From positions 253,941 through 317,940 of the forward strand of contig JBGAGY010000006.1 of NCBI GenBank assembly GCA_044226485.1: a stretch of 64,000 nucleotides of DNA, written 5' to 3'. The notes under the pieces are model-generated. The model was not told the DNA's origin. It made no database searches and was given only the letters and a program-made list of their open reading frames with translations. Shown one piece after another: positions 27,616 to 39,486 of this stretch (its first letter is position 1; each line of letters begins with the position of its first letter). The DNA comes from Anaerolineales bacterium (lineage in GTDB: Bacteria; Chloroflexota; Anaerolineae; Anaerolineales; UBA6663). Position numbers and translations under genes: made by a program.

Positions 27616-28947
27616 ATGGCGATGACAACCCGACGACTGTGGGCGTTCAGCGCCGCGGGGTGGGCGCTTGCGGCGGCGGTCCTCGCGGGCTGCTCGCGAC
27701 CGCAGCCCCTCCCTTTAGTGACCGCCACAGCGCGCGAGATCGGTCAATCCGCGAACGGAACGGACGACGCCCATACCCGGGCGACCCCCGGGATCGTGGG
27801 CTCGGTGAGTTCCACGCCCACCCCGACCCATATTCCCAATTATCTGCCGGGCATCTACCAGAACGACGCCCCACCCACTCCTTCGCCGACGGTGACGCCG
27901 GCGGTCTCGGACACGCCGAGCCAGACGCCGGCGCCCACGCCGACGCCAACTCCGCCCTGGCCAGACGCGATCGACGGCCCGAGCGCCAGCAAGCTCGGTC
28001 TGCACGCCGTCGGCGTCAGCGACCCGTTCGTCTTCGAGTTCATCCGGCGCGTGAAGCCGGCGGTTGTGAAGGGCGCGGGCAGCTACGGTTGGCTGGCCGA
28101 GGTCAAGCAGATCTCGCCGTCCACGGTTACTGTGGCGCGCATCATCGAGGACAACCAGGAGAGCTGGTACACGCAGGGGCTCAGTCCAGAGGCGGCGGCG
28201 CAGGGCTACGTCGAGAGCCATCTCAACGAGTACCGCGTGAACGCCGGCATCGATTATTGGGAGGGCTGGAACGAGATCGGCTACGATGCCGAAGGCATCG
28301 CCAAGCTGGCCTGGTACGGCCGCTTCGAGGCGGCTCGCGCGTGCTTGATGCAGCAATACGGCTTCAAGGCAGCTGTGGGTGGTTTTGCCACGGGTTGGCC
28401 GCGCGATTACGCCGATCTGGAATCGTTCATGCCGGCCTTGCAGGCTGCCGCGCGCTGCGGCGGGGTCTGGCATCTCCACGAATACAATCGGCCCTATCTG
28501 AGCTGTGGCGTGATGCCGGCCGGGACGGCCAGTATCATCCCCGGGGCGCCGGCGATCAGCGTGCCCGCCGGTCCGTTGACTCTACGCTATCGCCTCTGGT
28601 ACGAGGGGTACCTCAAGCCACGCGGCCTGGGCAATCTCAAATTGATCATCAGCGAGATGGGCATGGATGTCGTGCCGATCTCGGGCGGTTGCCCGGATCC
28701 GGGCGACGCTGCGGCCTGGCGGCAACTGGAGCCCTTCTGGGTGGCGAACAAGCGCGCGGACGACGGCATCCAGGCTTATCTCAACGAGTTGATCTGGTAC
28801 GACCAGCAGATCCGGCAAGACTCCTACGTCATCGGCGCCACGATCTTCACGGCCGGGTACCCGGAAGGCGGTCCCGACGGCTGGGGGCCGTACGACATCC
28901 ACAACCTGCTGGTGCCTCTGGCCAACTACCTGGCCACACAGCGCTGA
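27616..28947 (+). CDS. secreted lipoprotein with Pro/Thr-rich linker and TIM-barrel glycoside-hydrolase-like domain
   Basis: Signal peptide plus lipobox LAGCS. PTPSPTVTPAVSDTPSQTPAPTPTPTPP linker. Candidate catalytic GWNEIG and IISEMG motifs (GH clan A-like NE/E pair). Confidence 0.55.
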   Translation: MAMTTRRLWAFSAAGWALAAAVLAGCSRPQPLPLVTATAREIGQSANGTDDAHTRATPGIVGSVSSTPTPTHIPNYLPGIYQNDAPPTPSPTVTPAVSDTPSQTPAPTPTPTPPWPDAIDGPSASKLGLHAVGVSDPFVFEFIRRVKPAVVKGAGSYGWLAEVKQISPSTVTVARIIEDNQESWYTQGLSPEAAAQGYVESHLNEYRVNAGIDYWEGWNEIGYDAEGIAKLAWYGRFEAARACLMQQYGFKAAVGGFATGWPRDYADLESFMPALQAAARCGGVWHLHEYNRPYLSCGVMPAGTASIIPGAPAISVPAGPLTLRYRLWYEGYLKPRGLGNLKLIISEMGMDVVPISGGCPDPGDAAAWRQLEPFWVANKRADDGIQAYLNELIWYDQQIRQDSYVIGATIFTAGYPEGGPDGWGPYDIHNLLVPLANYLATQR

Positions 28948-29010
28948 ACGGGGCGCTCCTGACGAGCTGGCTGGCGCGCGGCCCGCGTGGACCGGACCGG
29001 ATCGCGCCTG

Positions 29011-30727
<1,717 letters not shown>

Positions 30728-30753
30728 CGCGTGTCCTTGGCGCGCTGAAGGAC

Positions 30754-30800
30754 GAACGCCGAAGGTGGAATGGCTATTCCACCTTCGGCGTTCTTGTTTG
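30754..30800 (+). terminator. intrinsic terminator of pyrG (18-bp perfect stem)
   Basis: gaacgccgaaggtggaat ggct attccaccttcggcgttc followed by ttgtttg. Confidence 0.75.
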
Positions 30801-30910
30801 CGTTAGCGGTTGTTTGGCTGAACGGTCGTGCGGAGGGCCGGCCAGGCTCCCCTTCGTCGTCCGCCGTCTCGTGGAGCCGGACGACGACTGCCTGCGTCCA
30901 TCGTGTTGCG

Positions 30911-30967
30911 GAAACGAAAAGGACGAATGACTCGGTTGAAAGGCACTTCAACTTTCGTCATTCGTCC
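30911..30967 (-). terminator. intrinsic terminator of the flotillin gene (compound hairpin)
   Basis: Outer stem ggacgaatgac/gtcattcgtcc, inner stem gttgaa/ttcaac. The minus strand continues TTTTCGTTTC. Confidence 0.6.
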
Positions 30968-31003
30968 TTGGTCGTTCGTCAGCGCCGCAGGCGACCCCGT
31001 GGG

Positions 31004-32998
31004 TTACGCTCCCGTCGTGGTCCCCGCGCTTCCCGCCTCGGGCTTGGTCATGCTCTGGCGGATCTGCTCACGCAAGGCCTCGGCCTCGGGCGAGCGCGGC
31101 GCCGTCTGATTTTGCAGACTGACCCCGAGCTTGTCGGAGAGCAGCAGCGTCAGCAGCCCTTCCATGATGCTGCCGGTGCCGCCGCCTGAGCCGTTCTGGC
31201 CGCCGCCTCCCACCACCACACGAGGCACCACGTCGACACGCGATTGTTGGATGGCGTCCGCGAAGCGGCTCATCACGGTCTGTGTCACCTGGAACTGCGG
31301 GCCACCGTAGGCGCGCACCTGTTCCTCGGTCGCCAGAGCCTGAGCGATACCGACGCGGGCAACCTTCTCGGCCTCGGCCTCGGCCAGAGCTCGGATCTGC
31401 GCGGCCTGTTGCAGGGCGCGCTGATACTCGGCCTTGCCCTGGTTGCTCTGGACCGTGATGCTCAATTCGGATTCGGTGATGTTACGCTGCTGCTGTGCGC
31501 GGGCCTCGGCCTCACGCAGTTCACGCTCCTTGGTCGCCGCGGTTTCCTGCCGCGTATACGTCTCGATCTGTTCGACCGCGATCTGGCGCTGGCGCAGCTG
31601 AGCCAGGATCGTCTCGATGGCCTTGTCGCCGGCCGTTGACGAAGGCGTGCCGATCAGCACTTCCTCGAGCTGCAGGTTGTAGTGCAGGAACTTCTCTCGC
31701 ATCTCCTGCCCGGCCTGGGCCTGGATCTGGCTGCGCTCCTGCAGCAACTGGATCAGGGTGCGCGTCTGACCGACGTTCTTGAAATAGGCCGAGACCATCG
31801 GGTCGAGGGTCTGCTCGACGAGGCGCTTGACGTCGCCGAAGCGCTGGATCACCAATGGAGCCTTCTGATAGTCGATGTGGATCACGACCGAAAGCGGCAA
31901 CGACGGCTCGAATGCATCTTTCGTGATCAGCGAGACCTCAGAGAGGTTCTCGTCAAGGCGATGCGCGCCGACGTCGCTGCGGATCCACTTCAGGATGATG
32001 TTTGTCGTCGGAACGGGCAGCACCTTGCCGGCATAGGTGTTGAAGGCGTACTTGCCAGGCAGCAGCGGCTCGCTCCACACGCCGCGTCGGCCGCGCTCGA
32101 CAAGTTCGCCGTGCCGGTAGTCAAGGCCCGACTGGTCAGCTCCGGCGGTTCCCGTGTACGACACCACGACGCCGACCATGCCGACGTCGATGATGGTCTT
32201 TGAGATCATCTCGACCGTCGCGAAGAGGCGGTTGATGTAGTAAGTGCCTTCGACGAGCACCTGCAGCTGGCGCCCGCGATGGCCGCCCGCTGCCAGGAAG
32301 TAATCGGGATTCTGGAAGTTGTTGTGGTACGTGGTCGTCGCGGACGAATCCTCGCCGACGATCGGCGCGATGATCTCGCCCTGCGGCAGCGACGGCCCGT
32401 CATGCACCGTCACGATGCCGACGACGTCGTCGGTGTCCTTGATCACGACCGGCCGGAAGCCCTTGCGTTCTCCGATGACTTCCGCCATCTTCTGGATCAC
32501 CTGGCCGTCTTCGCGGCTGAGCGGGAGGCTGTAGACTTTCTCCTCCGTGATCACCACGAACTGCATCAGATTGATGGCGTAGGTGCCTTCGCGCAGCACC
32601 CGGCGCTGAGGGCCGCGCTGACCACCGTTCTTCAGGAATGCTGTCACGTCCTGGAAGTCGTGCACGGCAACGTTCGAGGCCAGCGTCTGGTCCGGCGCGA
32701 GCGGCGCGCCGTCACGCGAGAACACGTAGCCGACCTTGCCCTGGGTGATGGTCACCAGCGGCGCGATGTGGACCGTATGCTGGATCGGCATAAGGTAGTG
32801 AAGGCCGCCGCGCAACACCTGCGGTTGAAAGCCAGCTTCGCCGTTCATGGCGATGAGGCCGCTCTTGATCGAACCGCGGAAGCCGAAGTTCCGCTCGACG
32901 ATGCCGACTCGGTTGTTTGGTATATAGCGGATACCGGACAACAAGATCAAGCCAAAGATCACTATCAGGATGCCAAGAACGATCAGGAATATTTCCAT
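31004..32998 (-). CDS. flotillin-like SPFH/Band-7 family membrane protein (YqiK/FloT type)
   Basis: N-terminal TM helix (MEIFLIVLGILIVIFGLILL), SPFH domain, long coiled-coil with EA/Q repeats, Gly-rich C-terminus. Start set at MEIF. Confidence 0.8.
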   Translation of the reverse strand: MEIFLIVLGILIVIFGLILLSGIRYIPNNRVGIVERNFGFRGSIKSGLIAMNGEAGFQPQVLRGGLHYLMPIQHTVHIAPLVTITQGKVGYVFSRDGAPLAPDQTLASNVAVHDFQDVTAFLKNGGQRGPQRRVLREGTYAINLMQFVVITEEKVYSLPLSREDGQVIQKMAEVIGERKGFRPVVIKDTDDVVGIVTVHDGPSLPQGEIIAPIVGEDSSATTTYHNNFQNPDYFLAAGGHRGRQLQVLVEGTYYINRLFATVEMISKTIIDVGMVGVVVSYTGTAGADQSGLDYRHGELVERGRRGVWSEPLLPGKYAFNTYAGKVLPVPTTNIILKWIRSDVGAHRLDENLSEVSLITKDAFEPSLPLSVVIHIDYQKAPLVIQRFGDVKRLVEQTLDPMVSAYFKNVGQTRTLIQLLQERSQIQAQAGQEMREKFLHYNLQLEEVLIGTPSSTAGDKAIETILAQLRQRQIAVEQIETYTRQETAATKERELREAEARAQQQRNITESELSITVQSNQGKAEYQRALQQAAQIRALAEAEAEKVARVGIAQALATEEQVRAYGGPQFQVTQTVMSRFADAIQQSRVDVVPRVVVGGGGQNGSGGGTGSIMEGLLTLLLSDKLGVSLQNQTAPRSPEAEALREQIRQSMTKPEAGSAGTTTGA

Positions 32999-33307
32999 GC
33001 CTGCGACTGTTCCTCTCCATCGTGTAAACGCCCGGAATGGGCTGGAGTGGTGCACCGGCTCTCAGCCGCGATGGAACTGAGGCCGGTCCAATGATAGTAC
33101 GAATAACTGAGCCGCCGGTGTCGAGGTTCGGCTTGACCCACTCAGCCGCGCCCCAAAACGTTCGCCCGAGGCGCGGAACCGCGAAGGAGAGCGGATTGGT
33201 TTGTTTTTCCGGATCGGCGGTACACCTACTTAAAAGGAGCAGGCCCGGCGCCTGTGGCGGATCACATCCTTTTCGGTCCGCAGGCGGCGGTGCCGTACAA
33301 TATCACC

Positions 33308-33976
33308 ATGTTCATGCCCATCGGAGACGACAACCGCAACCGGAAGCGGACGCCGATCGTCACGTACATCCTGATCGCGCTCAACGTCGTGGTCTTTCTG
33401 GCGCAGATGTCTTTCGGCGACCAGTTCACCGTCGATTGGTCGGTTGTGCCGAGCCGACTCCTGTCCAACCCGCTGACCGACTGGATCACCATCTTCTCGG
33501 CCATGTTCATGCACGCCGGCCTGGCTCACATCGGCGGCAACATGCTCTACCTCTGGATCTTCGGCGACAACGTCGAGGATCGCCTCGGCCCCTGGCTGTT
33601 CTTGATCTTCTATTTCTTCTGCGGTGTGGCGGCGACGATCGCGCAAGTGGTGGTGGATCCCGGATCCAATATCCCTAACCTGGGAGCGTCGGGCGCCATT
33701 GCGGGCGTCCTCGGCGCCTACCTGTTGTTATATCCTCGTCAATCCGTGCTGGTCGTTTTCGGCTACCGCACCGTCCCGGTGCCGGCGCTGATCGTGATCG
33801 GCCTGTGGTTCGCGTTACAGCTGTTCGGCGGCTTCGGCCAACTGGCGGCTCCGGGCGAAGGCGGCGTGGCCTACATGGCGCACGTCGGCGGCTTCGTGGC
33901 GGGGCTGCTCGGGGCGCTGCCGTTCCGCGCGGCTCGTCAGGCGAACCAACAATTGTATGATCCGTATCGACGGTGA
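33308..33976 (+). CDS. rhomboid-family intramembrane serine protease
   Basis: Six TM helices. Catalytic GASGAIAGVLGAY (Ser) and AHIGGNM (His). Start set at MFMPIG; track ORF begins at 33254. Confidence 0.85.
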   Translation: MFMPIGDDNRNRKRTPIVTYILIALNVVVFLAQMSFGDQFTVDWSVVPSRLLSNPLTDWITIFSAMFMHAGLAHIGGNMLYLWIFGDNVEDRLGPWLFLIFYFFCGVAATIAQVVVDPGSNIPNLGASGAIAGVLGAYLLLYPRQSVLVVFGYRTVPVPALIVIGLWFALQLFGGFGQLAAPGEGGVAYMAHVGGFVAGLLGALPFRAARQANQQLYDPYRR

Positions 33977-33979
33977 TCT

Positions 33980-35854
33980 ATGCCTCTTCCTATTCAACGT
34001 GTTGTCCTCAGTCACTCGCTCGCGGAACCGGCCCTGAACGATCGCGCCGACGCCGTCTACTTCGTTCGCTCGGCCGACGGCAGGCGCAGCATCGTGCGCC
34101 AATCGCTGTCGACCGGCCTGAGCGAGATCGTCTCGGCCGAACCTGCTCCCGCCGGCTCAGTCGGCTACGGGTCGGGCTTTTTCGCGCTTCAGGGCGACGT
34201 CCTCGTCTACGCCGCCAAGGGCGGGCTGCTGGTGGGGCTCGATCTGCGGTCCGGCGCGCAGTGGAACGTCACGCCTGCCTACGACGGCGTGGCGATGCCG
34301 GTGTTCTCGCCTTGCGGCCAATACGTGGCTTTTCTGGCCGAAAGCGGTGAGCGCTGCAACGTGTTGTTGGTCGACGTTCGCGGCAAGACACTGCCCGTCA
34401 AATTGTCGAACGACCCCTGGTACGCGTTCAACCCGAGTTTCGCCGGCGATGGTCGCCGCATCGCGTGGATGGAGTGGGACTCGGCCGTCATGCCCTGGGA
34501 TGAATCGCGACTCGTGATCGCCGCGTTCGGTAAGCCGACCGCGCGCGCTTCCGTCAGCCATCAACTGCTGCCCATCACGACGCAGATCGTGGCGCGGCCG
34601 GGCGTCAGCCTTGCAAATCCGCAGTTCAGCCCGGGTGGGAAGTACCTGGCGTACACAAGCGACGAGAGCGGCTGGCGGTCGCTGTGGGTGGCTGAGGCCG
34701 ATGGCGCCAGCCCGGCCTGCATCGACACGGGCACCGGCGAGATCGGCAAGCCCGATTGGGCGCCCGGGCAATCGGCCGTGCGTTGGTCGCCCGACGGCCA
34801 GAACCTGTACGCGATCCGGCGCCATGAGGGCCGCGATACCCTGCTGGCGATCAGCTGGCCGGCCCGTCAGGTCAACGAGGTGCCCACGCCCGGCTACACC
34901 GACCTCAGCGGCCTTGCCGTCGGCCGGGGCGGGGTGCTGGCGCTGACGGCGATCGGCCCGCTGCAGCCTGCCGAGGTCATCACGTTGGAGCCGCAAGGCC
35001 GCGGCGACCCGCTGGCCCGCACGCTCACGGTGCGCGCGACCTCGTCGGTCGGCTTGCTCGATCGCGCGTCGCTGGCGACCCCTGAGCTCGTGACCTATTC
35101 CGCCGTCGATGGAACTCCGGTGACGATGATCCTCCACAAAGCGGTCGGGGTCGAAGGGCCGGCGCCGCTCATCGTTGCCGTGCATGGCGGCCCGACCTCC
35201 GAGACCCCGCTGCGTTGGGACGCGCAGGCCCAGTACTTCGCCACGCGCGGCTGGCACTACGCCTCCATCAATCATCGCGGCGGCACCGGATACGGCCGTG
35301 CTTTTCAGGACAAGCTCAATGGCCAGTGGGGTGTGGTGGACATTCAGGATGCGCGTTCAGCAGCCGAGCATCTGATCGGCCTCGGCCAGGCCGAACCGCA
35401 ACAGGTCGTGATCACCGGCGGAAGCGCCGGCGGGTACACGACGCTCATGGCGCTGACGCAGGATCCTGAGTTCTGGGCGGCCGGCGTGTCGTTGTTCGGC
35501 ATCGGCGACATGTACATGCTCAAGCAGGGCTCGCACCGGTTTGAAGTCAACTACGAGGAAGGCCTCATCGGCCCGTTGCCGCGCTCCGGCAAGCTGTGGA
35601 AGCAGCGGTCCCCACTGACCTTCGTCAAGTCTGTCAAGCGGCCTGTCCTCCTCTTCCACGGCAAAGAGGACAAGGCGGTGCCGTACCAGCAATCGGTCGA
35701 CTTCGCCGAGGCGGTGCGTCGTCAGGGTGGGGTGGCAGAACTGGTCCTGTACGATGACGAAGGCCACGGCTTCGGTCGCGAAGCCAACCGGCGTCGCACG
35801 CTCGAAGAGATGGAGCGCTTCCTGGATCGATACGTCGTCAACCAGCAGGGTTGA
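33980..35854 (+). CDS. S9-family serine peptidase (prolyl oligopeptidase/acylaminoacyl-peptidase type) with N-terminal beta-propeller
   Basis: C-terminal alpha/beta hydrolase with GGSAGGY nucleophile and HGGP. N-terminal ~380 aa of WD40/TolB-like repeats. Confidence 0.85.
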   Translation: MPLPIQRVVLSHSLAEPALNDRADAVYFVRSADGRRSIVRQSLSTGLSEIVSAEPAPAGSVGYGSGFFALQGDVLVYAAKGGLLVGLDLRSGAQWNVTPAYDGVAMPVFSPCGQYVAFLAESGERCNVLLVDVRGKTLPVKLSNDPWYAFNPSFAGDGRRIAWMEWDSAVMPWDESRLVIAAFGKPTARASVSHQLLPITTQIVARPGVSLANPQFSPGGKYLAYTSDESGWRSLWVAEADGASPACIDTGTGEIGKPDWAPGQSAVRWSPDGQNLYAIRRHEGRDTLLAISWPARQVNEVPTPGYTDLSGLAVGRGGVLALTAIGPLQPAEVITLEPQGRGDPLARTLTVRATSSVGLLDRASLATPELVTYSAVDGTPVTMILHKAVGVEGPAPLIVAVHGGPTSETPLRWDAQAQYFATRGWHYASINHRGGTGYGRAFQDKLNGQWGVVDIQDARSAAEHLIGLGQAEPQQVVITGGSAGGYTTLMALTQDPEFWAAGVSLFGIGDMYMLKQGSHRFEVNYEEGLIGPLPRSGKLWKQRSPLTFVKSVKRPVLLFHGKEDKAVPYQQSVDFAEAVRRQGGVAELVLYDDEGHGFGREANRRRTLEEMERFLDRYVVNQQG

Positions 35855-35863
35855 GGCGGGCGG

Positions 35864-35933
35864 CGAAAGACGAAGGACGAAAAACAAGGGTTGAACGGCC
35901 GTTCAACCCTTGTTTTTCGTCCTTCGTCTTTCG
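35864..35933. repeat. perfect ~70-bp palindrome (34/35-bp arms, no spacer) acting as a bidirectional terminator
   Basis: gaaagacgaaggacgaaaaacaagggttgaacgg|ccgttcaacccttgtttttcgtccttcgtctttc. Lies between the S9 peptidase stop (35854) and the PRC-barrel stop (35942). T-rich tail on the plus side. Confidence 0.85.
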
Positions 35934-35941
35934 TGTTTGGG

Positions 35942-36463
35942 TCAGGCCGGCTCGTAGCCCGGGATCGTCAACGACTCGGCCTGGGTCATCACGGCAACCA
36001 TCGGGATCTTGTCGCCGCCGCAACTGGTGATAGCGTCGCGGTGGATGGCCTTGCGCTCTGCGAGCGGGCCAGGCACAAGCACCTTGCCGAGAGCGAAGCC
36101 CAACACCTTACCGCTATCGTCGAAGATCACATCGTCGACGACCGCGATCTTGCTGCCGCCCTCGGTCGCGATGTCGCGGCCGCGCACGTCGTCGAACTTG
36201 ATCAAGTCTTCGTGGTCGGGCACCGTGTCGAAGTTCACGACGACGTCGGGCCCGCCGACCAGCCAGACGTCGATGCCCAGCACCTTGATCGAAGCGCGGG
36301 TCACCGCGAACGTCTTGCGCGAGAGCAGGCCCTCTTTTCCGGTGAAGACCGCCGCGAGGGTCGTCAGCTTGCTGTCGAGGAAGTAATCCTTGACTTCACC
36401 CACGTGCTTGCCGTCGGTCAGGCTGATGAGCGGCTTGTTGCGATGCTGCTTGCCGATGATCAT
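35942..36463 (-). CDS. PRC-barrel domain protein (two PRC repeats)
   Basis: Two GxxVGxVxD-like PRC motifs (DGKHVGEVKDYFLD, GSKIAVVDDVIFDD). Confidence 0.65.
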   Translation of the reverse strand: MIIGKQHRNKPLISLTDGKHVGEVKDYFLDSKLTTLAAVFTGKEGLLSRKTFAVTRASIKVLGIDVWLVGGPDVVVNFDTVPDHEDLIKFDDVRGRDIATEGGSKIAVVDDVIFDDSGKVLGFALGKVLVPGPLAERKAIHRDAITSCGGDKIPMVAVMTQAESLTIPGYEPA

Positions 36464-36503
36464 GTTGTCCCCCTGTGCCACGACGTGGCCGCAGTTCGTT
36501 GTC

Positions 36504-36743
36504 TTACGAGCTTGTCCCGGTAACGTGCGTCACGATGGAGCCGACCATCAGGCCGGCGATCACGACCCCGGTGATGGCCGCGATGGGCAGTGGCCGGGCG
36601 GGCGCCTTGACCTCACGGACTTCGGGCGCTGCGATGTCGTCACGAGAAGACTCGGTAGCGCGACGTCTGGCTTCGTTCTGTTTGCCGTGCGCGGCGGCAC
36701 CGAGCGCGGCTGCTGCGGGGATGGCTGCACAAAAGACACACAT
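36504..36743 (-). CDS. small hypothetical protein with C-terminal TM helix, possibly co-transcribed with the PRC-barrel gene
   Basis: 79-aa ORF with an Ala-rich N-terminus and a hydrophobic C-terminus (LPIAAITGVVIAGLMVGSIV). Weak evidence only. Confidence 0.3.
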   Translation of the reverse strand: MCVFCAAIPAAAALGAAAHGKQNEARRRATESSRDDIAAPEVREVKAPARPLPIAAITGVVIAGLMVGSIVTHVTGTSS

Positions 36744-36804
36744 GGCGGCATTATAACGCGCCGACCACAGGACAGGGCTCGTCCGGCTGCGGCGCGGCTC
36801 CTAT

Positions 36805-38466
36805 TCAATCGAGTTCGTTCTCGGGTTCGAGCCGACTGTCGACGTGAAGGCTCGCGGCCGTGGGTTCGAGCGTCCAGCGTCCGAACTCGACGGCCAACAC
36901 GTCCGGTCGCAACGGCTGCACGTCTGCCTGAACCTTGCCGAGTTGCTTCTTGATCTGCGTCGCCAGCAGTCGGGCATAGTCGAGCGCGTCGGCGTCGCCC
37001 GGGTTGCGCGCCAGGAAATCGAGCACGCGGTTGTGGGCGGTGTGCAGGTCATTGATTCCGCCAAGACGGTCCTGCGCGCGGATGAAGATGGGCAGGAGCC
37101 GCTCGGCCGGATCGCCGAACAGCGGCACCAGGAACTCGATCGTGAAGCGCACGCGTTTGAGCGCAATACGCACCTGATGCAACGCCGGCAATTCCTCGTC
37201 GCGGTCGAGCTGGTCGAAGGCCTCACGCAGGCGCTTGAGCGGACGCAGGAGGAGTGCCGGGGCGGCCTGGCCGAGCCGGGTCATGGACCCCTTCTTCAGC
37301 GGGGCCTGGACAAGGAATTGCTCGAGGTCGTGGCGCAGGGCATCGGCGTTGGCTTCGAACCAGATAGCGGCCTTCTTGCGCGCGCGCTCGTGCTGTTTGC
37401 GCCAATCCGCCAGCAAGCCGTTGTCCTCGCCCTCGAAAGCTTCTTCGGCCTCGTCGATGGCGAGATCCCAATCGCGGACTTCGCCGAGGACGGACTCGGC
37501 TTCCTTGAGGCGCGCCCGCAACGTCTTGATCGGTTTGCGGCGGAAACACTCGCCGAAGACCCAGAGGGCGGCGTTGCTGCGTCGGGCGGCGGCACGTAAC
37601 GCTTTGAGGTCGCGTTGGTCGTCGGCCTTTGCGCCGGCCTGGGAGGCGTGCCAGCGGCGGAGTTGATCGGCTAGCGCCCGACTGACCGCAGTGACAAGGC
37701 TGGCCGACGGCACAAGCTCCTGGGCTGATAGCGCCTCGAGGTCCGGCACGATCTCGATCTCTAGGGGCTCCTGCGCGGTACGGCGCCAGAGATCGGCTTT
37801 GGCCAAGGCTCGCGCGGCGTCCTGCGGAGCTTTCGACCCCATGACCGTCAGGCGCAGGGACGAGCCGTCGCGATCGATGCGCGTGATCCGGGTGGTCTGC
37901 GAAGTGGAGTAATCGAGCCCATCGGCCATGCGGAGCAGGGCGCTCAAGAGCAGCGTCGGGTTTTGCCAGCGCACAGGAAGACTCGTGAAGAGCGGCTCCT
38001 CGTTCGGATGAACCGCCTTCCGATGAAAACGGATGGCGCAGGCGATGGCGCGTTGTTCGAGCGGCGTCACGCCGACCAGGCGCATGGCCATGAGGAGGTC
38101 TCGGCCGGCCAGGTGGTGCCGTGGCTCGTCGATGCGGATCCCGATGTTATGCAGCAAAGCCATCTGCTCGAGCAGCTGGCGGTGGCGCGGCTGAAGGTCG
38201 TGATCCGCCGCGCAGGCATCGAAGAGGGCCAGCGCATGGGCCGTGACCTGTTGGGCGTGGGCCATGTCAACGCTGGCCAGCTTGAGCAACTCGTCGGTGA
38301 ACACGGCCGGCCGTCGAAACAAACCAAGTCCCTTCAAGGCATGTTGAGCTCTTAACCGTGGCGATGGATTGTTGGAGAGCAGGCTCTCAGCCCGCGCGCG
38401 AACTGACCGATCAGGGCTCTGAGCGTGCCAGGTAAACACCAACTTTTCAATCGGAGTAATCGACAT
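36805..38466 (-). CDS. CHAD-domain protein with N-terminal Ppx/GppA-type HD-like domain
   Basis: N-terminal LLSALLRMADGLDYSTSQ resembles the Ppx/GppA C-terminal region. C-terminal CHAD motifs with conserved His/Arg (LHQVRIALKRVRFTIEF). Confidence 0.65.
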   Translation of the reverse strand: MSITPIEKLVFTWHAQSPDRSVRARAESLLSNNPSPRLRAQHALKGLGLFRRPAVFTDELLKLASVDMAHAQQVTAHALALFDACAADHDLQPRHRQLLEQMALLHNIGIRIDEPRHHLAGRDLLMAMRLVGVTPLEQRAIACAIRFHRKAVHPNEEPLFTSLPVRWQNPTLLLSALLRMADGLDYSTSQTTRITRIDRDGSSLRLTVMGSKAPQDAARALAKADLWRRTAQEPLEIEIVPDLEALSAQELVPSASLVTAVSRALADQLRRWHASQAGAKADDQRDLKALRAAARRSNAALWVFGECFRRKPIKTLRARLKEAESVLGEVRDWDLAIDEAEEAFEGEDNGLLADWRKQHERARKKAAIWFEANADALRHDLEQFLVQAPLKKGSMTRLGQAAPALLLRPLKRLREAFDQLDRDEELPALHQVRIALKRVRFTIEFLVPLFGDPAERLLPIFIRAQDRLGGINDLHTAHNRVLDFLARNPGDADALDYARLLATQIKKQLGKVQADVQPLRPDVLAVEFGRWTLEPTAASLHVDSRLEPENELD

Positions 38467-38591
38467 AAGTCTGTAACTCGACGTCAGCGCCAGCCACATA
38501 AAGTTAGCAAACGCCAACTGTCCCCAGCTTGACCCTAAAGGGTAGCTTATGCAAACATGCTATACTAGAAAGTAGGACGGGGAGCGTTGTC

Positions 38592-39479
38592 ATGGAACCA
38601 TTTTTGACCGAGTTTTTGCAGGCTTTAGGCTCTCAGAAGGGGTACTCTGAGAACACCGTCGTTGCCTATAAAAACGATCTGACCCAGTTTGGCGAGTACG
38701 TCCACAGCCAACAGGGTGGTGCCTTCGACCCCGGCTCCATCACGGCCAGCCTGGTGGGGGGATATCCCGACTATCTGCAGAGCCACAACGGAGGCTACGC
38801 CCCCAGCACCGTGGCCCGCAAGATCGCTGCCGTGAAGTCCTTCTTCCATTATCTCTCAGATCGACAGCTGGTGACCACCGACCCGGCCAGCCGGCTGAAC
38901 TCGCCCCGCATCAAGAAATCGATCCCACGGACGTTGACCCAGGGCGAGCTGGAGCAGCTGCTTGCCGCTCCTCGCCGCGGATTTGGGCCCAAGGCCCTAC
39001 GAGACGCGGCGCTGCTTGAGCTTTTGGCCGCGACCGGCCTGCGTGTGACCGAAGTGGTCAATCTGCGGCAGGATGACATCGATTGGGAGCGGGGTGAGGT
39101 GCTATGTCGAGGCAAGGCGGACCGCAATCGCCACGTCCCGCTGGGCAGCGCCCGACAATCGCTCGAAACCTATCTCAAGCAAGCGCGGCCCGAGCTCGCC
39201 GGCGAGGGTTCGGGCGACGCTCTCTTCTTGAATCACCGCGGCAAGAAACTAACCCGACAAGGGGTTTGGTTAATCATCAAGGAGGCTGCGGACTCGGCCG
39301 GCATCGCGACCGAAGTGACGCCGCACACCTTGCGCCACTCCTTCGCCCGCTACCTGGTGGGCTCCGGCGCCGACCTGCGGCGAGTGCAGGAACTGCTCGG
39401 CCACGCTAACCTGTCGACCACTCAGGTTTATCGACAGCCCGGCGTGCATCCGGTGGCCACGGACCCGACGGCGGCCTGA
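38592..39479 (+). CDS. tyrosine recombinase XerC/XerD family
   Basis: N-terminal SAM-like domain (GYSENTVVAYKNDLTQF). Catalytic R..HxxR..Y (LRHSFARYL, LGHANLSTTQVY). Extended -10 (tgctatact) upstream. Confidence 0.85.
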   Translation: MEPFLTEFLQALGSQKGYSENTVVAYKNDLTQFGEYVHSQQGGAFDPGSITASLVGGYPDYLQSHNGGYAPSTVARKIAAVKSFFHYLSDRQLVTTDPASRLNSPRIKKSIPRTLTQGELEQLLAAPRRGFGPKALRDAALLELLAATGLRVTEVVNLRQDDIDWERGEVLCRGKADRNRHVPLGSARQSLETYLKQARPELAGEGSGDALFLNHRGKKLTRQGVWLIIKEAADSAGIATEVTPHTLRHSFARYLVGSGADLRRVQELLGHANLSTTQVYRQPGVHPVATDPTAA

Positions 39480-39486
39480 GCGTTCA

